A program made the position numbers and the translations under genes. DNA of 62,608 nucleotides, counting the filler. It is 5 parts of 5 records of this genome, joined end to end, with 100 filler letters (N's around TTAATTAATTAA, not from the genome) between each part and the next. Parts side by side here need not be neighbours in the genome. Positions count along the whole stretch, not along the records: positions 8,510 to 29,823 come from SRR31156797_4217; 4 more parts are not named here. One strand, written 5' to 3'. Within the stretch, counting starts at the first letter, position 1, and each line of letters opens with the position of its first letter. The notes under the pieces were generated by a model that searched no databases, had not been told where the DNA came from, and saw nothing but the letters and a program-made list of their open reading frames with translations. This document shows positions 20,032 through 29,734 of the stretch, piece after piece.

Positions 20032-20913
20032 ATGAAAAATAAAAGAAATAAAGGTTCAGCAATGATATTATCCATACTTTTGCTTGCATTTTTTATGGCT
20101 CTATCAATGAATATGTTTTATGTTACTCAGAAAAAAGCTCAAAGAGCGGGGTATAAAGTAAAAGGACAAACTTCATTTTCCGGAATAGATGAAAGCTCCA
20201 CTCTTGGATATTATGAGTTATATTTGGCAGGAGAATTGGTTAATATTGGTAGTTTATATACCGATGAACATAGAAATAATCTAGATGAGCCAAATTATTT
20301 TACAGACCCTGAAGATTATACAACAGATTCAGGAATAGTTTACTCTGGAACAAGTGGCACTGCCATAGCAAGTGCAGGAACATATGCAGGAATAGCATTG
20401 TCTAATTATACAGAGTACTTTAATTCTGCTTGGAATATAGATACAACGTCCCCAGGATCTTTTAATACAACAACAGATCAAGCAATTGTTTACTTAAATT
20501 CAACAAGTGGTTCATCTTTGATAAGTAGAAGTTGGGAGAAGCAAGAAAATAAAACATATAGATTATGGCAAGATGATATTTTTGATGCTGACTATATAAG
20601 TGTTGGAGGCTATAATCTTCAGAAGTTTGAATTAACATCTCCAGCTGCTGTATTAGTTAGCGATGAGGAATCAGAAGGAGCCAAAACTATTACGATAACC
20701 TCTGGTCAAGCTATTGTAGCAGAAGCTGAGTATATAAAAAGAATGGCTCTTGGAGAGGTATCGTATATAATCCTTGTGAAAGAAAGTATAGAATTTACAG
20801 CAATAGATGATATTGGTGTAGTAAATAATGTAAAATCAGGAGATTTAAGTAGGGGAAAAATAGATATAACTTCTGAGCAATTAACTGAAATTATTGTTGA
20901 AAAAGGGGAATGA
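20032..20913 (+). CDS. Minor pilin (PilX/GspK-like, lacks E5)
   Basis: KG|SAMILSILLLAFF with hydrophobic residue at +5, as in PilX/GspK. Confidence 0.7.
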   Translation: MKNKRNKGSAMILSILLLAFFMALSMNMFYVTQKKAQRAGYKVKGQTSFSGIDESSTLGYYELYLAGELVNIGSLYTDEHRNNLDEPNYFTDPEDYTTDSGIVYSGTSGTAIASAGTYAGIALSNYTEYFNSAWNIDTTSPGSFNTTTDQAIVYLNSTSGSSLISRSWEKQENKTYRLWQDDIFDADYISVGGYNLQKFELTSPAAVLVSDEESEGAKTITITSGQAIVAEAEYIKRMALGEVSYIILVKESIEFTAIDDIGVVNNVKSGDLSRGKIDITSEQLTEIIVEKGE

Positions 20914-21191
20914 TTAAAATGAAACTTGAAAATTACACTGAGAAAATGGTTGAAGATGCAATAAGTAAATTTTTATCTAATAACAAAGAAGTGGCTGATA
21001 TGGTGCAAGAACTCGATATATTAGATGTAATGGCTTATTCGTTGAATAAATTACCTCCTCACTATACAACATCTATTAAAGGACTTGCTTATACTAAGCT
21101 TGGCGAAATTAATGTTCAAACAAAAGTTACAGTACTTAAAACTGTTACAGAAGGCTTTGAAAAAGTTCTTCAAAACAGAACTAAGGAGTGA
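20910..21191 (+). CDS. comFB: ComFB family protein (start may be 20919)
   Basis: LENYTEKMV...LDVMAYSLNKLPPHY motif characteristic of ComFB; 93 aa. Confidence 0.8.
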   Translation: MIKMKLENYTEKMVEDAISKFLSNNKEVADMVQELDILDVMAYSLNKLPPHYTTSIKGLAYTKLGEINVQTKVTVLKTVTEGFEKVLQNRTKE

Positions 21192-21196
21192 GGTAG

Positions 21197-22237
21197 TTGT
21201 TTAAATTAAAAGCAAATGGAAGTATCGATATAGGATCGAGCTCTATAAAGGGAGCAGTACTAAAAGGTACAAAAATAAATAAAGTTGCAAAGAGAGATCT
21301 AGAACCGGGAACAATGGTTAATGGAAATATTGAGGATTTTATAACTTTTGGTGATAAAATGAAAGAAGTTGTAAAAGAACTGAAGTTAAAAAATAAGAAT
21401 ATTGTTTTGTCTTTGCCTGTTCAGGACTTTTTTGTGAAATTTTTAAGCATACCCTTACTAGAGGAAAAAGAAAAAAAACTATTGATTGAAACAGAACTTG
21501 AAGATTTGATTCCGAATTATGATAGTGATGAATTTTTGACAAACTATATAAGTCTTAAGCTAGGAACAGAGGCTGAGGAAATAATTGCAATAACAATAAT
21601 GAAAACAAGAATAGAAAGTATTTTGGAGCTTTTTGAAAGTTTAAAAGTAACTGTTTTAAAGATTGTGCCTGATTTTGTTTCAGTTTATAATTTTTTGCAA
21701 AAACAAAAAGAAAAGGATGTTGTTGAAGCAGAAGAAAGCATAATGGTTGTAGATGTGGGAGCGGAAGCAACAAAAATATTTATTGAAAAAGACGGATTTA
21801 TTAAACTTCAAAGAATAGTAGCAATTGGTGGAAATGATATAAATACTGTAATTGAAAACATATTCCAGTTAGACTATGAAAATGCTGAAAAAATGAAGAA
21901 AGATTTGGAGCTGGCAGAAGATACCTTTCTTGAAACAGCTAATCCTAAAGATCAACAACTTTTTATGGAAATAGCAGAGATTATTAAGCAACTTGAAAAA
22001 CAACTAAGAGTTTCATCAGAATTTTATATAAGCCACGAGAGAGTTCCTGGAATAGATAAAATCTATTTTACAGGTGGAATTACTCTTCTGAAAGGATTTA
22101 AACAGGTAATTCAAACTCAACTTGAAATTGAAGTAATGGATTTTTCATATATTAATTTTTTAATAGGTGCAGAAAACAATGTAAATGCTGAACTTTGTGC
22201 AAGTTTACTGGGAAATATAATTGAAGAGGTGAAGTAA
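21197..22237 (+). CDS. pilM: Type IV pilus alignment protein PilM (actin-like)
   Basis: SIDIGSSSIK, VDVGAEAT, IGGNDI, YFTGG. Confidence 0.9.
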   Translation: MFKLKANGSIDIGSSSIKGAVLKGTKINKVAKRDLEPGTMVNGNIEDFITFGDKMKEVVKELKLKNKNIVLSLPVQDFFVKFLSIPLLEEKEKKLLIETELEDLIPNYDSDEFLTNYISLKLGTEAEEIIAITIMKTRIESILELFESLKVTVLKIVPDFVSVYNFLQKQKEKDVVEAEESIMVVDVGAEATKIFIEKDGFIKLQRIVAIGGNDINTVIENIFQLDYENAEKMKKDLELAEDTFLETANPKDQQLFMEIAEIIKQLEKQLRVSSEFYISHERVPGIDKIYFTGGITLLKGFKQVIQTQLEIEVMDFSYINFLIGAENNVNAELCASLLGNIIEEVK

Positions 22238-22804
22238 ATGATAGATATTAATTTTCTGACACCGGAGTATAAATTTAAACTGTTATTTAAAAATATGACC
22301 AAATTTATTGCATTATTAGCAGTGTTACTGATAGCAGTATTTATGTCAATAAATGTTTATTTAAATGGTATTATTAAAGAGAAAAATGCTCAAATAGCGA
22401 AAATAAACTCTGATATAGCTAAGGTTAATAAAAAAACAAAAGAAGTTCGAGAGAAAATGAAAGAAATACCTGATTTAACAAATAGTATTCAAATTGTTGA
22501 GGATATTTTTAGCCAGGAAAATCTTAGGATTTCAGAAATTTTATTTACCTTACAGGAGGAGATTCCTAGTGGGGTTTATCTTTACAGTTTAACATATGAT
22601 GGTGAAAATATTAGATTTAATGGTAAAGCAGAATTAAATAAAAAAGATAAATTTAATGCGTATGAAAAAGTATTTCAACTTGAAAGAAACTTAAAAGATA
22701 GTGAAAAATTTGTAAATATAGAAGCTGATTATATTAGATTGACTGGAAGCGGTAAAGATGAAATAAGTGAATTTGCCTATGATATGAAGCTTAAAATTAA
22801 TTAA
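22238..22804 (+). CDS. pilN: PilN
   Basis: N-terminal INFL (INLLP-like) motif, TM, coiled coil, IPSGVYLYSL. Confidence 0.85.
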   Translation: MIDINFLTPEYKFKLLFKNMTKFIALLAVLLIAVFMSINVYLNGIIKEKNAQIAKINSDIAKVNKKTKEVREKMKEIPDLTNSIQIVEDIFSQENLRISEILFTLQEEIPSGVYLYSLTYDGENIRFNGKAELNKKDKFNAYEKVFQLERNLKDSEKFVNIEADYIRLTGSGKDEISEFAYDMKLKIN

Positions 22805-22812
22805 ATGATAAT

Positions 22813-23466
22813 TTGGAGGGAGTAAAAGTGGAAGTTTTCGGAAAAGAAATAAATCTGGATATAGACTTAAAAGCTGAACTCTCAGATAAGCAAATTAAGA
22901 TACTTGTTATTGTTGGATTGATATTAGCAATAATTGGTGGAATCGTACCAGCAGTCGTATTTCCGGTTATGAAAATAAGAGAAAAAAATAAAGAAATCGA
23001 GCAACTTAATCAAAAATTAATGGTTGTTAATACGACATATACTAAGGAAAAGAAGAAGTACGATACTCAATTCGCTATATATCAGGAACAAAAAGAAGAT
23101 CTTGATTTATTGAGAGTAAAATTTGAAAATTCAAGTTTGAAGGATGAAACTAGTCTAAAGTTTATGATTGATGATTTGGCAAGGTATTTAGGAATAAATG
23201 TAAGTGCAATTGGAAGAATAGAGCTTGCTGAGGAAAAAGAAGGATATACTAAAAAATATACTCCTTACGTTGTAAAAGGAACAGTTGCAAATGTATCAAA
23301 ACTTTTTTATTATCTTGAGAACTCAAACTTTCTTATAACAATGAGAGGAGCTGGAGTTCAGTTAAATCAAAGTGGTATAGATAGCAAAAATAGAAATTTA
23401 GTTGAAGTAAGATTTAAAGTAGGTGCTTATTTTATTGAAGAGGGTGGTAATATTGGCTTTGAATAA
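22813..23466 (+). CDS. pilO: PilO-like protein
   Basis: TM + coiled coil + ferredoxin-like tail (GTVANVSKLFYYLEN); position after pilN. Confidence 0.7.
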   Translation: MEGVKVEVFGKEINLDIDLKAELSDKQIKILVIVGLILAIIGGIVPAVVFPVMKIREKNKEIEQLNQKLMVVNTTYTKEKKKYDTQFAIYQEQKEDLDLLRVKFENSSLKDETSLKFMIDDLARYLGINVSAIGRIELAEEKEGYTKKYTPYVVKGTVANVSKLFYYLENSNFLITMRGAGVQLNQSGIDSKNRNLVEVRFKVGAYFIEEGGNIGFE

Positions 23467-23914
23467 ATCAAAATTATTAATTTTTCTTATGCTAATATCT
23501 TCATTAATAATATTTGCTGATGATATGAATCCTATGAGTGAGTATATAAATGACGAAGTCTTTAAGGAAGCTGAGAAGAAATTTGAGGAGAATAAAAATT
23601 TTTTCAAAAGCACTACAACTAAAACAGTTACAACTAAAACAGGTGGAGTGGCAAAACCGAAAAATAATTTAACTAGCATTTTTACTAAAGTAGACACTAT
23701 TATTAGAAAAGATAGAAAATGGGGCTGTATAATTTTTTATAATGCTAGAGATGCATACACAGATGTTGTTAGTAAAAGAAAAGTAATATTAGGGAATACA
23801 ATTATAAAAGTTAGTGGAGTAAAATATTTCTTAAAGCCTTATGAAACAGGAGTTGAAATTAGAGAAATAGTAAGTGGAAATACAATACATTTAAAAGTGC
23901 AAGAGGGAAGGTGA
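23423..23914 (+). CDS. Exported protein in PilP position (true start probably ~23453-23459)
   Basis: Signal-peptide-like LLIFLMLISSLIIFA; located between pilO and pilQ; no clear lipobox. Confidence 0.5.
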   Translation: MLILLKRVVILALNKSKLLIFLMLISSLIIFADDMNPMSEYINDEVFKEAEKKFEENKNFFKSTTTKTVTTKTGGVAKPKNNLTSIFTKVDTIIRKDRKWGCIIFYNARDAYTDVVSKRKVILGNTIIKVSGVKYFLKPYETGVEIREIVSGNTIHLKVQEGR

Positions 23915-23921
23915 CGGAGTT

Positions 23922-25619
23922 TTGGTTAAGAAAGGAAATATAAATAGATTAGGAGTGTTACTGTTATCATTTCTATTTTGTTTCATGATTATTAATGCAG
24001 ATGTAACTGAAAAATTGGAAAGGGTTGTTTATCCTCAAGAGCTTGACTTTAAGGATGTTAAATTATCCGATGCTTTGAGTTTAATTTCAAAAACAAGTGG
24101 AATTACAATAATTGCAGAAGCTTCTGTAAAAGATACACCTATTGATCTGTTTTTTGTTAGAGGTCAAAGTTTAAAAGAGATCTTACAGGCTATTATGCTT
24201 TCAAATAGTTTAGAAATAAGAGAAGTAAATAATATTATTATTTTGGAAAAAAGTACTCAGAGTCAGGTTGAAGTAGTAGGACAGATAATTGGTAGAGTTT
24301 TAAGGGCAGAGTCTGAGACGGGTATAGAAAATGCTATTGTTAGCCTTGTGAAAAATAATAAAATAATAAAATCAGTAATGACAGAAGCTGGTGGTACATA
24401 TATAATTGAAAATATTGATCCCGGTACATATATTATAAAGGTTTCCTCTGAAGAGTATGGAGATAATGGAGATATTCTTGAGATTCAAGCCGGAAAAACT
24501 TTAAATATAAATTTAACTTTAAGTTCGGGTGAAACTCAAAAATTAGAATTAACTAAAGAAAAAGTTGAAGATGAAAAAGAGACTGCTCAAATTACAGAAG
24601 AAACAACACTTGGAAAAGTAGTTAGTGAAAAGGGTGAAATTGAAGAAACTAGAAAAATATTCTTAAAACACGCAGTTCCAAGTGAATTAACAGAAATAAT
24701 AAAAGCGTCAGTTGAAAACATAGATGTAACAGCTGTTGAAAAACAAAGTATCATTATTTTAAAAGGTTCAACAGGAAATATTGATACGGCGATAAAACTA
24801 ATTAATGAATTAGATGAACCTGTAAGGCAAGTTCGTATAACTGCTCAAGTATTAGAGATAACAGATTCTCTTTCACAACAGTTAGGAATTAACTGGGCGT
24901 ACGATACAGAAGCAGAAGCAGGCAGTTCAAGTAGATCAGCAAGTGTTACATCAGGAGTTCCGGCACTTTCGTTTACGAATTATATAGGTGTAAACGAAAC
25001 AATAGATGTAACTCTGGATTTGTTAGAGAAAGCAGATGATGCAGCTATTGCAGCAGTACCTGCAGTGGTAACTGTAAATGGAGAAACTGCAACTATTGCT
25101 ATAACAGAAGAGGAGTATATTGGAGATTCTACAACAACAGATGATGATGGAAATACAACAACAGAAGCGACATATAAAGAAGCTGGAACCTCTTTATCTG
25201 TAACACCTATTGTCAGAAGAGGTGTTGATGAATTAGATACAATAACTTTAATAATAGACTTAGAAGTGAGTTCGTTTAAAACAAGCTCGGACACAAGTAG
25301 TGATAATAGTGAAGCAAGTGCGGCAGAACAAACAAATTCAACACAAACAACGGTTAGAGTTCTTGATGGAGGAATTGTATTTATAGGAGGGTATAAAAAG
25401 AAATCAGTAAGTGAGTCTGATTACGCTGTGCCAATTCTTTCAAAAATTCCATTATTAGGAAGACTATTTAAGTATGATAGTTATGTTGAGAATGTAAAAG
25501 ATCTTTTTATCCAAATAAAAGCCGAAATTGTGGATGATACTAATTCAAATGCTGAAATAGAATCAGAAGGCTTTAGAACAAATACTGTATATAAAAAAGA
25601 AAAAATATTTAACAACTAA
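23922..25619 (+). CDS. pilQ: Secretin PilQ with inserted beta-sandwich domain
   Basis: N0/STN (LDFKDVKLSDALSLIS), N3 (LKHA...IKLINELDEP), secretin domain QVRITAQVLE...LGINW, VPILSKIPLLGRLFK. Confidence 0.9.
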   Translation: MVKKGNINRLGVLLLSFLFCFMIINADVTEKLERVVYPQELDFKDVKLSDALSLISKTSGITIIAEASVKDTPIDLFFVRGQSLKEILQAIMLSNSLEIREVNNIIILEKSTQSQVEVVGQIIGRVLRAESETGIENAIVSLVKNNKIIKSVMTEAGGTYIIENIDPGTYIIKVSSEEYGDNGDILEIQAGKTLNINLTLSSGETQKLELTKEKVEDEKETAQITEETTLGKVVSEKGEIEETRKIFLKHAVPSELTEIIKASVENIDVTAVEKQSIIILKGSTGNIDTAIKLINELDEPVRQVRITAQVLEITDSLSQQLGINWAYDTEAEAGSSSRSASVTSGVPALSFTNYIGVNETIDVTLDLLEKADDAAIAAVPAVVTVNGETATIAITEEEYIGDSTTTDDDGNTTTEATYKEAGTSLSVTPIVRRGVDELDTITLIIDLEVSSFKTSSDTSSDNSEASAAEQTNSTQTTVRVLDGGIVFIGGYKKKSVSESDYAVPILSKIPLLGRLFKYDSYVENVKDLFIQIKAEIVDDTNSNAEIESEGFRTNTVYKKEKIFNN

Positions 25620-25648
25620 AAAAAACAAGCGTGAGCTTGTTTTTTTTT
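25618..25648 (+). terminator. Terminator ending the pilus operon
   Basis: AAAAACAAGC-GTGA-GCTTGTTTTT plus T-tract. Confidence 0.85.
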
Positions 25649-25698
25649 ATTCAAACTGTTATACTTTTATTGAAAATAAAACTATCTTGGAGGTTAAG

Positions 25699-26721
25699 AT
25701 GCTTAGTCATTCTAGATTAAATGAGTTATTAAATAGTTTTTCAAATAAAAAAATAGCAGTTCTTGGAGATATGATGCTTGATGAATATATTGTGGGAAGT
25801 GTTACGAGAATTTCACCTGAAGCACCAGTACCGGTTGTAAATGTAGAGAAAGAAAACTTTGTACTTGGTGGAGCAGCGAATGTTGTAAATAATTTAGCGG
25901 AATTAGGAGTAAATGTAGTTTCATTTGGAGTAATTGGTGATGATGAAAATGCAGATAAACTTCTTAATGAATTTAATAAAAAAGATGTTGATTCACTTGG
26001 AATAATAAGAAGTAATGATAGACCAACTATTATGAAAAAAAGAGTTTTAGCTGGAAACCAGCAACTTCTTAGACTTGATTGGGAAAAAAAACATCCGATT
26101 TCTAAGGAATTAGAAGATAAACTTTTAGAGTTATTCAGTAAAAAAGTTGATAATATAGATGGAATTATTTTATCGGATTATGATAAGGGTGTTCTTACGG
26201 AAACTTTAGCTAAAAAAATAATAGCTCTAGCAAAGGAAAAAGGTAAAATTGTACTTGTTGATCCAAAACCATCTAACTCTTTGAATTACAAAGGAGCAAC
26301 ATCAATGACACCTAACCTTAAGGAGTCTAGTGAGTGCGTAGGTAAGGCGATACCTCAAACAGATGAAGAAGCTTTGGAGATTGGTAAAGAGATTAGAGAG
26401 AAACTAGAACTGGATCATTTAATTATGACTAGAAGTGAAAAGGGTATGTCCATCTTCATGGAGGATAAAGTTGAACATATACCTACTTTTGCAAAAGAGG
26501 TATTTGATGTAACCGGAGCTGGAGATACGGTAATTTCCGTATATACACTTGCGTTAACTTGTGGTGCATCTTATGAAGAAGCTGCAAAGATTGCAAATAC
26601 AGCAGCAGGAGTAGTTGTAGGAAGAATAGGAACGGCAACGGTAACGATAGATGAAATTAAAGAGTTTTATGATGAAATATATGAGAAACATCAACTTGAA
26701 ATTAGAGAGAAAAAATATTAA
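25699..26721 (+). CDS. rfaE1: D-glycero-beta-D-manno-heptose-7-phosphate kinase (RfaE domain I / HldA)
   Basis: LGDMMLDEY, RISPEAPVPV, GGAANV, SDYDKG, DVTGAGDTV; RBS GGAGG before ATG 25699. Confidence 0.93.
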   Translation: MLSHSRLNELLNSFSNKKIAVLGDMMLDEYIVGSVTRISPEAPVPVVNVEKENFVLGGAANVVNNLAELGVNVVSFGVIGDDENADKLLNEFNKKDVDSLGIIRSNDRPTIMKKRVLAGNQQLLRLDWEKKHPISKELEDKLLELFSKKVDNIDGIILSDYDKGVLTETLAKKIIALAKEKGKIVLVDPKPSNSLNYKGATSMTPNLKESSECVGKAIPQTDEEALEIGKEIREKLELDHLIMTRSEKGMSIFMEDKVEHIPTFAKEVFDVTGAGDTVISVYTLALTCGASYEEAAKIANTAAGVVVGRIGTATVTIDEIKEFYDEIYEKHQLEIREKKY

Positions 26722-26752
26722 TATTATTTTCTAAAAATGATAAGGAGTAATT

Positions 26753-27229
26753 ATGCTTAGAATAGGGAATGGATATGATGTTCATAAATTAGTTGAAAAT
26801 AGAGATTTAATACTTGGTGGAGTAAATATTCCATATGAAAAAGGTTTATTGGGACACTCTGATGCTGATGTATTATTACATGCAATAATGGATGCTATGC
26901 TGGGAGCCTTAGCTTTAGGAGATATTGGAAAGCATTTTCCAGATACGGATTCTAAATATAAAGGGATATCGAGCATTAAATTACTGCAGCATGTAAACGA
27001 ATTAATAAAAAAAGAGGGTTATGAAGTAGTAAATTTAGATTCGATTATTTGTATGCAGCAACCTAAATTAAAACCTCATATTTTTTCAATGAGGGGAAAT
27101 ATTGCTAGAGAATTAAATATTGATATTTCTCAGGTAAGTGTAAAGGCTACAACGGAAGAAAAATTAGGTTTTACCGGTACAGGTGAGGGAGTGAAGTCTT
27201 ACTGTGTAATTTTATTACAGAAGATTTAA
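26753..27229 (+). CDS. ispF: 2-C-methyl-D-erythritol 2,4-cyclodiphosphate synthase
   Basis: [37 protein letters not shown]. Confidence 0.97.
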   Translation: MLRIGNGYDVHKLVENRDLILGGVNIPYEKGLLGHSDADVLLHAIMDAMLGALALGDIGKHFPDTDSKYKGISSIKLLQHVNELIKKEGYEVVNLDSIICMQQPKLKPHIFSMRGNIARELNIDISQVSVKATTEEKLGFTGTGEGVKSYCVILLQKI

Positions 27230-27230
27230 A

Positions 27231-27467
27231 GTCAAAATCGCAACTTACGCAGTGATTAAAATTGAAACTTTTTAATCTCAGTTGCATTGCGCAACCCCTA
27301 CGCTTGACCGAATAAAAAAACATTAGAAAATAGAAGCTAAATTAAAGAATATAAACTAATGATGAAATTTAAGCGATGGAACGTAAGGTTCCCGAAGTTT
27401 GCCGCGTAGGCAAGGTTTTAAATTATGAAGAAAATATAGTTAGGTCGGTGGAAACACCGACTTTTTT
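27231..27467 (+). ncRNA. Candidate structured non-coding RNA or palindromic element (family not recognised)
   Basis: Several GC-rich helices in an AT-rich genome, two hairpin loops complementary to upstream segments, ends in a strong terminator. Confidence 0.4.
27444..27467 (+). terminator. Intrinsic terminator
   Basis: GTCGGTG-GAAA-CACCGAC-TTTTTT. Confidence 0.9.
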
Positions 27468-27531
27468 ATTAAAGAGATTTATGTTATAATCTAAAGGCTG
27501 AAAATAAAGACTTAGAAATGAGGAGCACATT

Positions 27532-29427
27532 ATGGCAGTTATAAATGTTAATAACTTATTTAAAAATTATAGTGGAACTTATCTCTTAAATGATATAAGT
27601 TTTTCAATAGATGAAAAAGATAAAATTGGATTGATTGGTGTAAACGGAGCAGGAAAAACTACACTTGTAAAGATACTGCTTGAAGAAGAAAATCATGATA
27701 TTTCACCTGTAACAGGTAAAAGAGGAACTATTGGTAAAAAGAAAAATCTAAATGTCGGTTATCTTTCTCAGCATTTTGAACTTGATGATGAAAAAACTAT
27801 TTTTGATGAATTGATGTCCGTTTATGCATATTTACAAGAAGATTATAAAAGAATTCAAGAGTTAAACCATAAACTTGCAACTGATATGGATTCGTTTGAT
27901 GAAACAATGGAAGAGTTAGCGAAATTATCTTCTAAATATGAGCAGGAAGAAGGTTATGCTATAGAGTATAAAGTTAAGCAGATATTAAATGGGCTTAATT
28001 TTGAAGAATTTCAGTACAAAATGTTAATTAAAAATTTGAGTGGAGGACAAAAATCAAGAGTTGCACTTGGAAAAATTCTTTTGGAAGAACCGGAGTTATT
28101 AATACTAGATGAGCCAACAAACCATCTGGATATTAATGCAATTGAGTGGCTTGAAAAATTTCTTCAAACTTATAACAAAGCGACTATTATAATTTCACAT
28201 GATAGATATTTTTTAGATAATATAGTAAATAGGGTTTTTGAAATTGAAAATAAAAAAATTAATCAATATAAAGGAAATTTTAGTGATTATGTGATTCAAA
28301 AAGAAGCTTATCTTGTCGGTGCTGTTAAGCAGTTTGAAAAAGAGCAGGATAAAATTAAAAAAATGGAAGAGTTTGTTATAAGATATAAAGCTGGTGTTAA
28401 ATCTAAGCAAGCAAGAGGAAGAGAAAAACTTCTAAATAGAATGGAAAAAATGGATAATCCTGTTATTCCAATAAGAAAAGTAAAATTAAAATTTGAAACT
28501 AAAAGATTAACGACAGATAGAGTATTTAAAGTAACTAATCTTGAAAAAAGATTTAAAGATAAGCAACTGTTTTCTAATTTAAGTATTGATGTGTATCGTG
28601 GAGATAGAATTGGAATAATTGGTAAAAACGGAGTAGGGAAATCAACTTTACTTAGGATGATAGTAAATAAAGAAAATGAAGATAAAATTATTCAAGGGGA
28701 TAAAATTGACCTGGGGTTTTATGATCAGGAACACGGGAATCTTGATTTTAGAGCAACTATTTTAGAAGAATTAATGGACTCATATAAAGTCACAGAGGAA
28801 GAATCTAGAAGGTTAGCCGGAGGATTTCTCTTTGGTGAAGAGGAAGTTGATAAAAAAATAAGCAGTTTAAGTGGTGGGGAGAGAGCAAGAGTTAGCTTTA
28901 TGAAACTTATAAAACTTCAACCGAATGTATTAATACTTGATGAACCAACAAATCACTTGGATATTTATTCAAGAGAAGTTTTAGAGGAATCGCTTGAAGA
29001 TTATGATGGTACAATTTTAGTTGTTTCTCATGACAGACACTTTTTAGAAAGTGTTGTAAATAAAATATATGAAGTAGATGAAAATGGCGCGACACTTTTT
29101 AAGGGAGATTACGAAGATTATAAGAAACAAAAAACTTTACCTAAAAAGGAAAAAGTTGAAAACACAGATTATGAGGAACAAAAAAGAGTAAAAAATAGAA
29201 TCAGTTCTTTAGATAAAAAATATGTTAAATTAGAGAAAGAGCTTGAAAAATTCGAAACTGAAAAAATAGAAATAGAGGAAAAATATAGTGAAGCTGGTAG
29301 AAAAAATGATGTATCCCTTTTAATGGAACTTCAGGAAAAATTAGATGAAATAGAAGAAAAAATAATGTGTACAATGGAAGAATGGGAAGAGGTAGAGCTT
29401 GAATTAGAGGAACTCAAAGAAAAATAA
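27532..29427 (+). CDS. ABC-F family ribosome-associated ATPase (Uup/YdiF-like)
   Basis: Two NBDs (GVNGAGKTT/LSGGQ; GKNGVGKST/LSGGE), twice LILDEPTNHLD, no TM, C-terminal coiled coil; extended -10 TGTTATAAT at 27482-27490. Confidence 0.93.
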   Translation: MAVINVNNLFKNYSGTYLLNDISFSIDEKDKIGLIGVNGAGKTTLVKILLEEENHDISPVTGKRGTIGKKKNLNVGYLSQHFELDDEKTIFDELMSVYAYLQEDYKRIQELNHKLATDMDSFDETMEELAKLSSKYEQEEGYAIEYKVKQILNGLNFEEFQYKMLIKNLSGGQKSRVALGKILLEEPELLILDEPTNHLDINAIEWLEKFLQTYNKATIIISHDRYFLDNIVNRVFEIENKKINQYKGNFSDYVIQKEAYLVGAVKQFEKEQDKIKKMEEFVIRYKAGVKSKQARGREKLLNRMEKMDNPVIPIRKVKLKFETKRLTTDRVFKVTNLEKRFKDKQLFSNLSIDVYRGDRIGIIGKNGVGKSTLLRMIVNKENEDKIIQGDKIDLGFYDQEHGNLDFRATILEELMDSYKVTEEESRRLAGGFLFGEEEVDKKISSLSGGERARVSFMKLIKLQPNVLILDEPTNHLDIYSREVLEESLEDYDGTILVVSHDRHFLESVVNKIYEVDENGATLFKGDYEDYKKQKTLPKKEKVENTDYEEQKRVKNRISSLDKKYVKLEKELEKFETEKIEIEEKYSEAGRKNDVSLLMELQEKLDEIEEKIMCTMEEWEEVELELEELKEK

Positions 29428-29504
29428 TTGTAAAAGAGAGTTGTTTTAAGATATTTTTTGAGTTATAATCATTTTGGGTGAAAAATTAAATCATAACTTT
29501 ATTT

Positions 29505-29532
29505 GAGCATAATTAATAGAATTATGCTCTTT
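29505..29532 (+). terminator. Probable terminator after ABC-F
   Basis: GAGCATAATT-AATAG-AATTATGCTC hairpin plus short T run. Confidence 0.5.
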
Positions 29533-29653
29533 AATATTTTTGAAAAATTTAGAAATATTATCTTTGTCAGTACCTTTTTCTTTAATAAAAAACTTTCATG
29601 AGTTTAATTTTTCGAATTTATTTTAGAATTTGAATAAAACAGATTTTTTTTCC

Positions 29654-29682
29654 TTGACTTTTTGAAAGCAAAAACGTATAAT
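29654..29682 (+). promoter_or_regulatory. Sigma70 promoter of the str (rpsL) operon
   Basis: TTGACT-17 bp-TATAAT. Confidence 0.85.
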
Positions 29683-29734
29683 GTCGAAGTTAGTCAAAAA
29701 ATATATAGAAATTGAAAGGAGGTAGCGAGGTTTA

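Noticed and set aside
27361..27467. T-box, hammerhead, tracrRNA or known riboswitch identity for the intergenic RNA
   Set aside because: GGTGGAAACACC only loosely resembles the T-box, there is no CTGATGA/GAAA core in the right arrangement, no cas genes, and the downstream gene appears to have its own promoter
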